Shown: positions 26,969 through 40,400 of the stretch, piece by piece
How the letters are laid out: the number at the start of each line of letters is the position of its first letter
How positions within the stretch are numbered: position 1 is the first letter of the stretch
NCBI GenBank assembly: GCA_964016885.1
Contig: OZ024742.1
Location: 212,536,001 to 212,600,000 of the forward strand
DNA from: Eledone cirrhosa
Taxonomy: Eukaryota
DNA length: 64,000 nt
Direction: 5' to 3'
Notes under the pieces: model-generated
What the model was told of the DNA's origin: nothing
Seen by the model: only the letters and a program-made list of their open reading frames with translations
Database searches by the model: none
Position numbers and translations under genes: made by a program

Positions 26969-28627
26969 CACCAGGTCTGAACTCAATAGAACCAAACTCC
27001 TACTGTCACTGCCTCCGTCTCCCCCACTCTCCCCATTTTTCACTATTATAAGCAAATGGGGGCCACTGTGCTGGCCGCCCCATGGCCTCAGCGGACAGAA
27101 TAGAGATGGTGAGGGAAACATGCTGGAAGAGCCATTCCAACTCGCAAGTTTCACACCTGCTGGTAGCCAACTCTGTGCTGATGGTGTGAAAGTAGTTCAC
27201 AAGCATGGTTTATAGGGTTATAGACATGACTTAAATGAACTAAATAATTACATTTACTTTGAAATAATTATGCGATATTATTTGAAATATAATTGTTGGG
27301 TGTTGTGCTGCATGAGTCAACTTCTAGATAGCTGAATTGTCATTCCTTTTTTGTGGTAATTATTATAAAATAAAGTACCAGTAATGCACTGGGTAATTGC
27401 TGGCCTTGTGCCTAAAGTAGAAACAATTATTATCATAGTTTTAGTGTTTTTCCATGGTGACATTAATTGAATAGTATCAGCAGATGATCCTCTCTCATCA
27501 CTTCTTCCTGTATTTTTTTTGTCATGCATACAATACTTTTTCACCCAACAGTTGTCATCTATTTACATACCAGTGGAGCTGCAGTGACTGCACACAAATG
27601 CTGATGCATTTAATACCCAACAACATTCTTAGCTCATGTATATTTTACCTTTCATCCAGTTGACATTATATATATCTAACAAATAATTCTCGACTCATTT
27701 CTCTCCAGTCTTTGCAGATCTTGTATTCAATATCTATGTATAGCTACCATGCAGTATTGAATTTCCTATACATGGATCTGTGTTTTGCATGAAAAGAAAA
27801 TTCCCCTGATGTGAAAAGAATAAATGATCAAACCAAACTATGGTTAAAGGTATTCCAGTTGTGACCATCTTATACTTAAGCATATCAAGAACTACTTATC
27901 TAAATCTAATTTAACTTTCCTTATCTAAGGTGGTAAAGTGTAGTTTAAGCGATATTTGGCAGCTATTTTTTGCAGGTCAAGCAATCATATAAAGGTTTCC
28001 CTATTGGCTTGCAGAGTTCATAAACTCTGTAACTGTTAAGTTATCTTTGTCTAGTATAGTTTCATCACACTTGAAACAACTTACATAACTAAAGACATGA
28101 ATGTCCTCTTTCACAATAAAACAAATGCCACTTGTTTATATAAGAAATAAACTCTTTTAAAATAATAGCATTTATTTTGTAGTAGCTATTTATTTAATAG
28201 TTATAAATTGGACATTTTGCAATATGTGTTTTATAGTAGAATGTCTTTGCAGTACTTACCAACTTATCAAAGTAAAACTGACCTCTAATTTTCAACAAGA
28301 TAGGTAGTGGCTACTTGAGAAACGTGCTTGGCCCATATTCCATGCTAGCAATTCATTTATTGTTTTTAATCATTTAGTCAAAAAGGAAGGCCAATGCTTA
28401 TAACCACTTTTAGGGCCTCTGAGGTTAGTGGGAAGGAGAGAGGAATGCATGTAATAGACTGGACCTCACTAAAGGTACCCAAGTGTCAAATGTTGGTGTT
28501 AAACGGGGTGCTGGATTAAACCAAGTGGGTCAATTCAGGATTTGAACTCAGAATGCAAAGAGCATGAACAAAACCACAAGGTATTCCTGTACAATGCATT
28601 AATGGGTTTGTCAGTCAGCTGCCCTAA

Positions 28628-28760
28628 ACTGGTACTTTTACTGATGCTGAATGGGTGAAAAGCAAAGTTGACCCTGGTTGGATTTGAAATCAGAATACAA
28701 TAAGCTGGATGGAATATATACCGCAAGGCATTTTGATGTTTTAATGATTCTGTCCATTTG
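28628..28760 (-). mobile_element. Diverged SINE family B copy (another fragment at about 28537-28590)
   Basis: CTGGTACTTT...GGGTGAAAAGCAAAGTTGACCC...GGATTTGAA. Confidence 0.6.
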
Positions 28761-29219
28761 TGCAAATGCAAAAATGTAAAATGCAATCTATATAGACTTC
28801 GGGAATCAATTCAAATTTTAAAATTAAAGAATGTTGTTTATATGTAATGCAACTAATGTTGCCAAATTTTGAAATAGTTTTTTTTCTTTTTCGATCTTCT
28901 CTTACTTATTGCTTTAAAAGGTACAGACAATTTAATTCAATAATAAATCAAATATACAGAATGATAACCTTTTCTTCTGGACATGTAATTATTATCATCA
29001 GAGCAAGTGTTAACTTGTTTTAGCTAGATCATGAGCTTGAAAGTTTTTAATGAGAAAATAAATCTAATAAGACAGTTTCTTTCTCCTTACTCTTATTTGT
29101 ATATTTATTTCAGGTTTAATTGACATGCCTTCACTTACTGGACAATGAACCAAATCTTCAGTGAAACTAACATTCTCCCATTTCAGATTTGTAGGGAGTT
29201 AATATAATAAAAATACAAG

Positions 29220-29257
<38 letters not shown>

Positions 29258-29630
29258 AGCTTTAGAAAAAAAAAACAAAACAAAACAAAAAACTATTAAA
29301 TATTTCAGAGATTATTAAATGTTGAAAAACTCAGAGTTTGAGTATTTGGAAATAGCAGTCCTATCTTTTCACAAAAGAACATTTATCTACAAAAGAATCA
29401 GCTCCAAGAATATATATAATTCTATAAACCAACAGATAGACTGAAAAAATTATTATTATAGTTATTAATATTTGAAGATATTTCTGGGTATTTTCATTTA
29501 AAATTCAGGATGCTCATTCGTCCAGATTTAGATTTACTATTTCAATTTTGAAGCAGCTTAAGAAGAAATATTTACACTTTTTATATTTTTCAGAAGCCAT
29601 TTTTTTCTACATTAAAGACACTTTGCACAA

Positions 29631-29700
29631 AATATGCATATATTAAATGTCTTTGCCAGAGGGCAATATGCATATATTAAATGTCTTTGCCAGAGGGCAA
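29631..29700. repeat. 34-bp perfect tandem duplication
   Basis: AATATGCATATATTAAATGTCTTTGCCAGAGGGC x2. Confidence 0.9.
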
Positions 29701-30968
29701 CTCTTAAATCAATAAAGGTTGCACATTCTGGAAGAAGGAAGAGATTGCACATTAGAAAAAAACCTGCAATGTGAATGTTTTATTAATAACAAAAACCTAC
29801 ACTGAAGAGTGAAGTAAGGTTTAATGATAGAAAAAAGTAGAAACTCTTCTAAGCAGGTGGCAATTTTTGTTATATTTTTAAGAACTTGTGTGAGTGAAGG
29901 CCTTGTTATTATGAAAATAACATGAAGCATTGATAATGACAAATAACATTTACAAAAGAACATTGTTGTTTCAACTCAACTTGTGAGAAGAACCAGAGAA
30001 GCACAGAGATATGCAAAACGTTCCCAATATAGTGCAGCAGGATAGGGTGTCTAGAACACCTAATCAAATTCTACAGAAATATATATCCTTCACTTGACAC
30101 TGGTATATTTCCAATGGAAGAAAATTCTGAAACAAATGCAGTTGAACAGCACAACATGAAGCATGTAGTGCCGGAGTCACATTAGAGATGGATAAAATAT
30201 TTTCAGTTGATATCTTAATCTAAACTGATGCTAAGTTCAATGTTTATAAGGTATAAAATTCTTTTCAAAATTAATATTAGCAAAAAACAAAAAAAAACAA
30301 ACAAACAAACAAACAAAAAACCCCAATAACAATAAAAAAAACAAAACAAATGGTTATTGACACTAAGAAGATATCACATTTATACATTTGAATAATTACT
30401 CATGCATTAGTCATAAATGACTGAGAATAGGTGTTCTAAATTCTAAACTACCTAAATTATCTTTTCAAATTATGAACTTGGAGATTATTTCAGATAGAAA
30501 ATCTGAAAAAATTATTAAAATTATAAATTCAACCCATGCAAGCATGAAAAAATGGACATAAAATGATGATGATTTTCTAAACAACTGCAATATTATAATA
30601 ATAATTATTGAAAGATTATATACAACAGCTTTATAAATATTTATATTCAATGATAAGCCAATTGGTGAAGTGTTAAACCTGGAACATTTTGGTGCAATTT
30701 TTGACTCCTGCCAGATCAACTTAGATTTTCCATCTATTCCAGAATCAATAAAATACTATACAGGAATAAATGGCTGAATTGATCAGGGATAATGTGTGAA
30801 GTCCATCCTCCATTTCAACAAGAAGAAATCAATAGTGGCTACAACTATTAGTACTATTTTTACTACTATGTTAGAGAAAGTAATCAATAAAAACACAGAA
30901 ATTATGAACATTTATAAAGAGAATGAAATGTGAAGAGATGAAATATAGATAATATATAAACTACTCAC

Positions 30969-31114
30969 TTTTCTTATATCTTCTAAAGTATGTACTTCTG
31001 GTGAGAGACCTCCATGGACACACAAAAATTGTTGGTTCATTAAGGCTGCTAGAGGCAGGCAGTCAAATGCATCCATACAGGCATCATATACTCGTTCGGT
31101 GTATTTGATTTTAC
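30969..31114 (-). CDS. PPP3CA: Calcineurin A internal exon, 146 bp (missed by the ORF track)
   Basis: (C)[48 protein letters not shown]; TTTAG acceptor and GTGAGT donor. Joins in phase 0 to LDRFKEPP at 16824. Confidence 0.97.
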
Positions 31115-31829
31115 CTAAATTGGAAAAGGATATTGTTCATTTTAAACAAGTGATGATAAAATACCCACTTGTGTAGAAACAAGACAAGTGCAGGAAAGTG
31201 GGTGCACACGAATACCTTAGAGGCTCTCTTGGGATGAGGCTGGTTAAGAACCATCCCCAAAAGACCTTTCTGAAAACTTTACGTTACCTACGAAACAAAT
31301 GCAAATTAAACATGTATATTAGTAGCTTTCAAAAGAATTGTAAAAATAACCAGCATGTGTTGTTCTGAACCTATGAAAAAAGGTATCAAGGAACTGATAA
31401 GCTATCAATGAATTAGACATTTTATAATCAACTGAATCTAAATGAGAATAAACATTTGATTGACAAGCTATATTTTTCTTAATATTATCAAGAATATTGA
31501 CTTGAAATTGATAGTTATATAAAATTTAGTTCAAGGAATATTTCATTACCCAATAAATAAGATTTTGTAAGGTTTGTAGAAATTAGAAATTTCATTTTTT
31601 TTTAATGGTAGTGATCTGTAATTTAATACTCTGCTTAATATCAATTCTGAAGCAATGAATCTTGTAAGATAGACTATACTAGACTACCATATTTTGCCAA
31701 ACAGTTATGCTTAGTAAATAATTAACCTTAACTGAATAGGATTTTTACTAGAATACCAGTATGCAGGCTTAATTTATAGATAGTTTATCTATTTGAAAAT
31801 TGTTAAGAATACACCTCTTGGCAGTATTC

Positions 31830-32120
31830 CTATGATTTCTCAAAACCTGCTACAGTGTGAATGTTTGGGCAGCTGTGCTGCATCCGGGGTGAAAACCACT
31901 GTTCATCAGCTAGCTTGGACTTGACAACCTCTCCACATCTCTTTGCCAGACACTTAGCATGGACTTTATCAGGGAGGCTTAAAAGGAGATCCCTCTATAA
32001 TCTATTGTTTCCCTTTTTGGAAATTGGGATTATCACTCTCAATTGCCACTGTTTAGGTGCCTTTTTAGAGATCCAGGCCACCCAGCACACATGAGTCAGC
32101 CAGAGAATACCATCTCTATT
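31830..32120 (-). mobile_element. Decayed RTE-clade (Rex3-like) RT fragment
   Basis: With frameshifts: GILWLTHV.WVAWISKKAPKQWQLRVIIPISKKG...LLSLPDKVHAKCL...EQ. Confidence 0.65.
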
Positions 32121-32292
32121 TAAGGTAGAAGATAATAGGGCCATAATGGAAATATTTTCAATATGTCAATCTTAGTTTCATCCTTGATCCCAACAATAAT
32201 CTAATGTATTCCTCAATCTCAAACCTTGCCATTGCCAGTAATGATCACTATCAATTGCAGATTGTCTATAGAACCCTTTTAAAAAGTCTGCC

Positions 32293-32535
32293 CCAAGCCC
32301 AGAAGCTCAACAGCTTATCCCAGTTTCATTGGCAGCAAGTGACTGAGAGAACAAGACTCCTCCTGGGACAGGATGCCAGTCTATTACAAGGTTAACCCTC
32401 AGCTACTACTGGTACTAATTTTTTCCAGCTAAGTAGACTGGAGTAAAATGAAATAAAGTACCTTGCTCAACACACTGTTTGGCTTGGGAATCAAACTTGT
32501 GATCTTACAATTATGAGCCTAACACTTTAACTATG
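32293..32535 (-). mobile_element. Old tRNA-derived SINE (third family)
   Basis: Reverse strand shows GTTTGATTCCC (B-box-like) and TTGAGCAAGGTACT; plus strand GGACAGGATGCCAGTC resembles conserved SINE body motifs. Confidence 0.5.
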
Positions 32536-32864
32536 TTTCTACATCAATAGGATCCAGTACCACAGAAATAACATTATTCCATTGATATTAATCTCAATAC
32601 AGTTGTGGTGACAATCTTCATATCATTTGAAGATGCTTTAAGATCATGAAGTCAAACTGGGATGGTTTTAAACAAAAGTTGAATTGATAAAGACCACAGC
32701 ATAATAAAATCCCACTAAAGAGAAAATATTATTGAGTATTTAAAAGAGGTTGATCTTTGTTTTGTTAGGTTCTACAATAACAATTTCTGAGAAGCTGATG
32801 TCTAATAACATTTAGTTAAACCTACAGCTTTTGAGATAGACAGAGATACAGAAGAAGAATCGAC

Positions 32865-33010
32865 TCCAGTACTAGATAGCTACTGTATTTATTGATCTCA
32901 AAAGGATGAAAAGCAACGTTGACCTCAGTGGGATTTGAACTGAAGAAGTAGAGGGTTGAAATGAACACGATGAAGCATTCTCTCCAACTTTCTAACACCA
33001 CTGCCAATTT
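32865..33010 (-). mobile_element. SINE family B copy
   Basis: AAAGGATGAAAAGCAACGTTGACCTCAGTGGGATTTGAACT. Confidence 0.62.
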
Positions 33011-34037
33011 GCAGTCTTATTAACATCAACAACCAAAAAGTGTATAATTTACTCATATCAATTGAAACTGCTAAATTGCTATCTGTTTTATTTAAACTGT
33101 CATAGGTTTAAGATATATGTAACAGGTCTCAACTATCATCATACCATATTTGCAAAAAATTGTAACATTTGTGAACCGAAAATTTCTTTAGATAGATGTT
33201 CTTTCAAATATCAATAGAGGATAGTAACAATGAAATGGTAAACAAAGAATATTACAAAATTGATTAAGAATTCTACTGAAGGTTCTATAAAACAAGAAAA
33301 ATCAATTGGGTTTATATTAATGTAAAAACATTGTTTTTGCCAATAGGCTGAGCAGTAAAGATAAGATAGTTTTTTAAACAAAGCAAGAATATCAGCAGAT
33401 ATAAATACATAAAGTATTACTAATTATAAACTAAGTTAGGCATATCCTATCTTATTTTATATTAGGATCTACAGTAATTATTTAATCTATTTACATAAAA
33501 AACAATAACATTTCATTATAAATATTGGTTCAAACCAGCAATCTTGAAATAACTAAGAGTCTCTATAATATTCGAAGAGACAATTTACTAGTAGTGTTAT
33601 TTTTTTATAGAAATTTAGTAATTAGATATAAGCTGGACAAATACTGTAGTAAATCAACTTTATTGCATAGACAGAACACACACACACACATATATATATA
33701 TATTGACAGCGAAGATGCATACGCACTGATACATCACCATCCCACTACTCTAGTACAGACGAACTGCCTCAACCTTTGTCTGACCGCAGTTATTCCGCGC
33801 GCCCTACAGAGTAGTTCAGTTGTACACACACGATAGACAACATGTGTTGTTTCTCTCCGACTAAAAACTTCCCCCCTCGGAAAACCCCCAGTTGATGGAT
33901 GCGAAATCCGAAATATAAGGACAATTAAATCACTTCCAAGGTAACTCTATTTCGTGTTATTATTTTTACATAAATAAATAAATAAATAAATAAATAAAAT
34001 AAATAATAAACAATAAAGAAATCATTATTCTTACATA

Positions 34038-34224
34038 GGGCGGTGGATTGGCAGTATAGGTAGAGAGTCGGACACCATGCTTTCCAGCATAGTTACGTCC
34101 CTTTACGATCTGAGTTCAAATCCCACCGAGGTTAACTTTGCCTTTCATCCTTACGGGGGTCGATAAAATTAAGTACCAGTAATGTACTGGTTAATTGCTG
34201 GCCTTGTGCCAAATGTAGAAACAA
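34038..34224 (+). mobile_element. SINE family B, near-complete copy
   Basis: GGGCGGTGGATTGGCAG head, GAGTTCAAATCC B box, GCCTTTCATCCTTACGGGGGTCGATAAAATTAAGTACCAG core, GCTGGCCTTGTGCC tail. Confidence 0.8.
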
Positions 34225-34544
34225 AGACTATAACAATAAATGTAGCTGGTTACTTCTTTCTTGGTACTTTGATTGAATTAATTCCGGTTTCATTGAATTA
34301 CATGTCTGCTATAATGGCTGTTTGACTAAATTATTGGATATCTTTTTGGAATATTCTACTTCAGAGGACAAGGGCTGAACCTATAACCAGTGGATACATA
34401 TTTAGGTATAACAGCAATTTTTGAGAAGAATTTCTTTTCTTTCTTTATCTTTATATAAAGGGAGAAATTCTTCCAAAGCAATGAAAATTTAAATGGTTAT
34501 GATAATGTTTTGTACAGAGCCTAGTAAACAGTGTAGCAAGTGGG

Positions 34545-34745
34545 CATGTTGTAATTGTTTAGCCCCAGGTCAGGCCTGATTGGATGAAGCTATAATCAAA
34601 AGCATTCCAGTTATGGTCTTTTTATATATGAATGACTACATTGTCCAATATATCTTCCTTTATTTAAGATAGAAGAGTGTGACTCAAGGGAGATTTAGAT
34701 GTTATTTCTAGTAGGCTGAACAATTGTAGAGGTTCTCACTTTGGT
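34545..34745 (+). repeat. Old interspersed repeat, family C (also about 24160-24305, 25330-25420, 27820-28010)
   Basis: Shared blocks ATTCCAGTT, GACTACATT.TC.AA, GTGTGA.T..AGGGAGATTT, TATTT.TAG.AGG. Confidence 0.55.
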
Positions 34746-34929
34746 TCATCAGTGAGGATGAATTCTGAATGGAATTGTGATGACAACAAAATATATACAT
34801 AAGTAGATGCTGTTGTAATCATAAAACAGTGATGGCTTGTTAACAATGATGAAGTTAGAAGAAAGGCTTGCAGGGGAATATGTCTGAAGCTGTAAATGAT
34901 CGTAGAGTTAACATTATTATTCAATATAT

Positions 34930-35091
34930 GGGCGGTTGATTGGCAGTATCGGTAGAGAGTCGGACACCATGCTTTGAAGCAAAGAGTTACGTCCCTTTAT
35001 GATCTGAGTTCAAATCCGCCTTACGGGTCAATAAAATAAAGTACCAGTAATGTACTGGGTAATTGCTGGCCTTGTGCCTAAAATAGAAACA
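34930..35091 (+). mobile_element. SINE family B copy with internal deletion and target-site duplication
   Basis: Same head and tail as 34038. ATTATTATTCAATATAT occurs at 34913-34929 and 35092-35108. Confidence 0.82.
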
Positions 35092-37427
35092 ATTATTATT
35101 CAATATATATGAAGCAATACACATGTGTATAGTGTCTCTATGTAATAGTTTAATTCAGTTCTAATTTGAAACTTAAACTTAAGGAAGCAAAATTGCTGAT
35201 GTCATAATACAATAAACATATACTATAAAAGTTGAAATGTTAACCAAAATAATGATTTCACTTTTTTATCTGTTCAAAGATATAAAGATGGTACAGAATG
35301 AGAGAAATGAATGATAGATGTTGAGTGAAAGATTGTTCTGAGTTGATGATGGAAATCACCTATAGAAAAGAAAACATTAGTAGTGTGGGAGAGATGAAAT
35401 TATTTGAATAAAAAAAAATTATTGATATTTTCATATTTAAAGAAAGCAGATGTTTAAACAAGCAAACAAGAATCAATGAACAAATATAAGTTAAAAAAAC
35501 AAACAAACAAACAAACAACCCCCTCCCACAAAATGTTTACACTATCAGGATCTCCCATATATAATTTTACTTTCCATATATTCAATGTTATCAATTTTCT
35601 GTCTTTATTAACATATATAGGACATATATGAAAATAAAATATCTAAAGATATATGTACATATTGACTAAAAACTCAGGTTTTATGCACTTTATAATAAAT
35701 TATTTATTATGAATGCTGCCAAATTGATAGCATGAAGATTAAATCTCTATTGTTTATGTTAATATCTTCTGAAAATATATATTACATCCCTGTGTATTAA
35801 TTTTATTTTAGTAATTTCAACAAAAACTAGTTATTTTTTTAAAAGAAGCTAAACAAAATATTTCTCTAAATCTTTCTTATCTTTATCTCTTTGTAAACAC
35901 TAGGATTGAATGCCTATTATATATATCAAGAGCTTAGGTTTATATTTAAGAGCATTGAAACCCATAACTAACGTATTACCTAGCAAATAAAGTATAGAAA
36001 AACAAATGAATATATTATCAGTTGAACTTTAGATAGAAAATCTATAAAGCTAAGGTTTGGTTTATATATGCAAGGTAAACAAGAAAATAATTTATGTATA
36101 TGTAAGGGTTGGTCATGGTTGATGTTTGGATAATATTCAAGTACAAATGAAATTTTTTAGATAAACTTTAAAGGTAAAAAATAACAAGGAACACTTGAAT
36201 TTAGATTAGAAGAAAAATTGCTAATGTATGTAAAAATGCAAATCAACTTTATAACATATAACTCACTTTGGAATGTCAGCTATGCTGACATTTTAAACAT
36301 CATCAGGGATTCTAGAAGAAATATTGTGAAATAGACTTGAGTTACCCACATTTTAATACTCACTTATAATTACTATACACAGTGCTATACTTTTGTTTTC
36401 TCTCATAAATTATCCCCATCAATAGTTATATATTATCAGCTGTTCTACAATGGTGTCTATCTGAATTCCTTTCTTTTTGTTAGCCATTACATCTTGTGGT
36501 TAGAGTGGACCTCAAAACACTGATTCTCACACAAGAGATGACAAAGGAATGCAACAAGTGGAGGAAAATTGTGTGGAAAAAGACCCATCCAACCCATGCA
36601 AATATGGAAAAGTGGATGTAAAAAGGGAATTTGTCATGCCTTTGGCAGAGCTAAAGAGTCTTCTTGACTCTTTGTTTGGCAGATTTTCTAGAGCTGAATT
36701 TCTTGTTCTATCACCAACCACATTACAAGAGTGAGCTGAGTGATTGTTTATCATGTGGATCATAAACACTAGGGAGGTTATCATATCTATTGTGCAGTCA
36801 AAGAGTCTTAAGTAAAATACAAAAAATGCAATACAGGGTCAACGGTATTATTCATTGTTATAAAACTAATCTACTAATAAAATAAGCATCATGAATATTC
36901 TTTAAAAAAAAAATTATAATTTCTGTTTATCAGTATTATATCATAATTGGAAATGGAATAGAAAACAGAAATATTGATGTTTTTTCATTAGACCCAGATC
37001 AATACCTTTTGGGGGATGGGGTGGGGGAGGAGATAGTTTATTGGATAGTATTTTAAAGGTAAAGGGCCCTTAATTCTTGTTGGAGTCATCGAGGCACTGT
37101 CCTGACACATGATATGTCATCAACATTTTAAAACCTGGCAGAGCCTATCCCTCTCTAGGTTGGAATACCACTGATTTCTTCCGGAGAAAGAAAGAGTAAA
37201 AAATGTAACTTACTATTGGACTGGTACTTTATTTAATGACCCCGAAAGAATGATAGATGAAGTTGAAATCAGCAATGCAGTGTGCCAGAACAAAAACTGA
37301 GGCTTTTCTATCTGAGTCACTAATGACTGCCAATTTGTTGCCTTTCTCATACTGCTGATAATTATTTTATCACCCCTGTCTAAAATATCTTTGTGGAATG
37401 TTGTGAAATCTATACCATAGTATATAG

Positions 37428-40400
37428 TATGTAGTGCTATAACTATGGAACAAGATTGAAGACATAATCTATATTATGTTCTATGTATGTAGTGCTATAA
37501 CTATGGAACAAGATTGAAGACATAATCTATATTATGTTCTATGTATGTAGTGCTATAACTATGGAACAAGATTGAAGACATAATCTATATTATGTTCTAT
37601 GTATGTAGTGCTATAACTATGGAACAAGATTGAAGACATAATCTATATTATGTTCTATGTATGTAGTGCTATAACTATGGAACAAGATTGAAGACATAGT
37701 CTATATTATGTTCTATGTATGTAGTGCTATAACTATGGAACAAGATTGAAGACATAATCTATATTATGTTCTATGTATGTAGTGCTATAACTATGGAACA
37801 AGATTGAAGACATAATCTATATTATGTTCTATGTATGTAGTGCTATAACTATGGAACAAGATTGAAGACATAATCTATATTATGTTCTATGTATGTAGTG
37901 CTATAACTATGGAACAAGATTGAAGACATAATCTATATATGGTCTATGTATGTAGTGCTATAACTATGGAACAAGATTGAAGACATAATCTATATATGGT
38001 CTATGTATGTAGTACTATAACTATGGAACAAGATTGAAGACATAATCTATATTATGGTCTATGTATGTAGTACTATAACTATGGAACAAGATTGAAGACA
38101 TAATCTATATTATGGTCTATGTATGTAGTGCTATAACTATGGAACAAGATTGAAGACATAATCTATATTATGGTCTATGTATGTAGTTCTATAACTATGG
38201 AACAAGATTGAAGACATCATCTATATTATGGTCTATGTATGTAGTGCTATAACTATGGAACAAGATTGAAGACATAATCTATATTATGGTCTATGTATGT
38301 AGTGCTATAACTATGGAACAAGATTGAAGACATAATCTATATATGGTCTATGTATGTAGTGCTATAACTATGGAACAAGATTGAAGACAATCTATATAGG
38401 TCTATGTATGTAGTGCTATAACTATGGAACAAGATTGAAGACATAATCTATATTATGTTCTATGCATGTAGTGCTATAACTATGGAACAAGATTGAAGAC
38501 ATAATCTATATCATGTTCTATGTATGTAGTGCTATAACTATGGAACAAGATTGAAGACATAATCTATATATGGTCTATGTATGTAGTGCTATAACTATGG
38601 AACAAGATTGAAGACATAATCTATATATGGTCTATGTATGTAGTACTATAACTATGGAACAAGATTGAAGACATAATCTATATTATGGTCTATGTATGTA
38701 GTACTATAACTATGGAACAAGATTGAAGACATAATCTATATTATGGTCTATGTATGTAGTGCTATAACTATGGAACAAGATTGAAGACATAATCTATATT
38801 ATGGTCTATGTATGTAGTTCTATAACTATGGAACAAGATTGAAGACATCATCTATATTATGGTCTATGTATGTAGTGCTATAACTATGGAACAAGATTGA
38901 AGACATAATCTATATTATGGTCTATGTATGTAGTGCTATAACTATGGAACAAGATTGAAGACATAATCTATATATGGTCTATGTATGTAGTGCTATAACT
39001 ATGGAACAAGATTGAAGACATAATCTATATTATGGTATATGTATGTAGTGCTATAACTATGGAACAAGATTGAAGACAATCTATATATGGTCTATGTATG
39101 TAGTGCTATAACTATGGAACAAGATTGAAGACAATCTATATATGGTCTATGTATGTAGTGCTATAACTATGGAACAAGATTGAAGACATAATATATATTA
39201 TGGTCTATGTATGTAGTGCTATAACTATGGAACAAGATTGAAGACATAATCTATATTATGGTTTATGTATGTAGTGCTATAACTATGGAACAAGATTGAA
39301 GACATAATCTATATCATGTTCTATGTATGTAGTGCTATAACTATGGAACAAGATTGAAGACATAATCTATATTATGGTCTATGTATGTAGTGCTATAACT
39401 ATGGCACAAGATTGAAGACAATCTATATTATGGTCTATGTATGTAGTTCTATAACTATGGAACAAGATTGAAGACATCATCTATATTATGTTCTATGTAT
39501 GTAGTGCTATAACTATGGAACAAGATTGAAGACATAAACTATATTATGTTCTATGTATGTAGTGCTATAACTATGGCACAAGATTGAAGACATAATCTAT
39601 ATTATGGTCTATGTATGTAGTGCTATAACTATGGAACAAGATTGAAGACATAATCTATATAAAGGTCTATGTATGTAGTGCTACAACTATGGAACAAGAT
39701 TGAAGACATAATCTATATTATGTTCTATGTATGTAGTGCTATAACTATGGAACAAGATTGAAGACATAATCTATATTATGGTCTATGTATGTAGTGCTAT
39801 AACTATGGAACAAGATTGAAGACATAATCTATATTATGGTCTATGTATGTAGTGCTATAGCTATGGAACAAGATTGAAGACATAATCTATATTATGTTCT
39901 ATGTATGTAGTGCTATAACTATGGAACAAGATTGAAGACATAATCTATATCATGTTCTATGTATGTAGTGCTATAACTATGGAACAAGATTGAAGACATA
40001 ATCTATATTATGGTCTATGTATGTAGTGCTATAACTATGGCACAAGATTAAAGACAATCTATATTATCTTCTACGTATGTAGTGCTATAACTATGGAACA
40101 AGATTGAAGACATAATCTATATTATGGTCTATGTATGTAGTGCTATAACTATGGAACAAGATTGAAGACATAATCTATATTATGGTCTATGTATGCAGTG
40201 CTATAACTATGGCACAAGATTGAAAACATAATCTATATTATGGTCTATGTATGTAGTGCTATAACTATGGAACAAGATTGAAGACATAATCTATATTATG
40301 GTCTATGTATGTAGTGCTATAACTATGGAACAAGATTGAAGACATAATCTATATTATGTTCTATGGATGTAGTGCTATAACTATGGAACAAGATTGAAGA

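Noticed and set aside
34038-34130. tRNA gene (also 18700-18779)
   Set aside because: Box-like motifs run into SINE bodies and no convincing cloverleaf is visible.
17862-36924. Other short ORFs of 60-104 aa
   Set aside because: No recognisable motifs; expected by chance in AT-rich intron or overlapping repeat relics.
37455-37490. Hammerhead motif in the satellite monomer (TTGAAGA)
   Set aside because: It lacks the leading C and has no GAAA after a stem.
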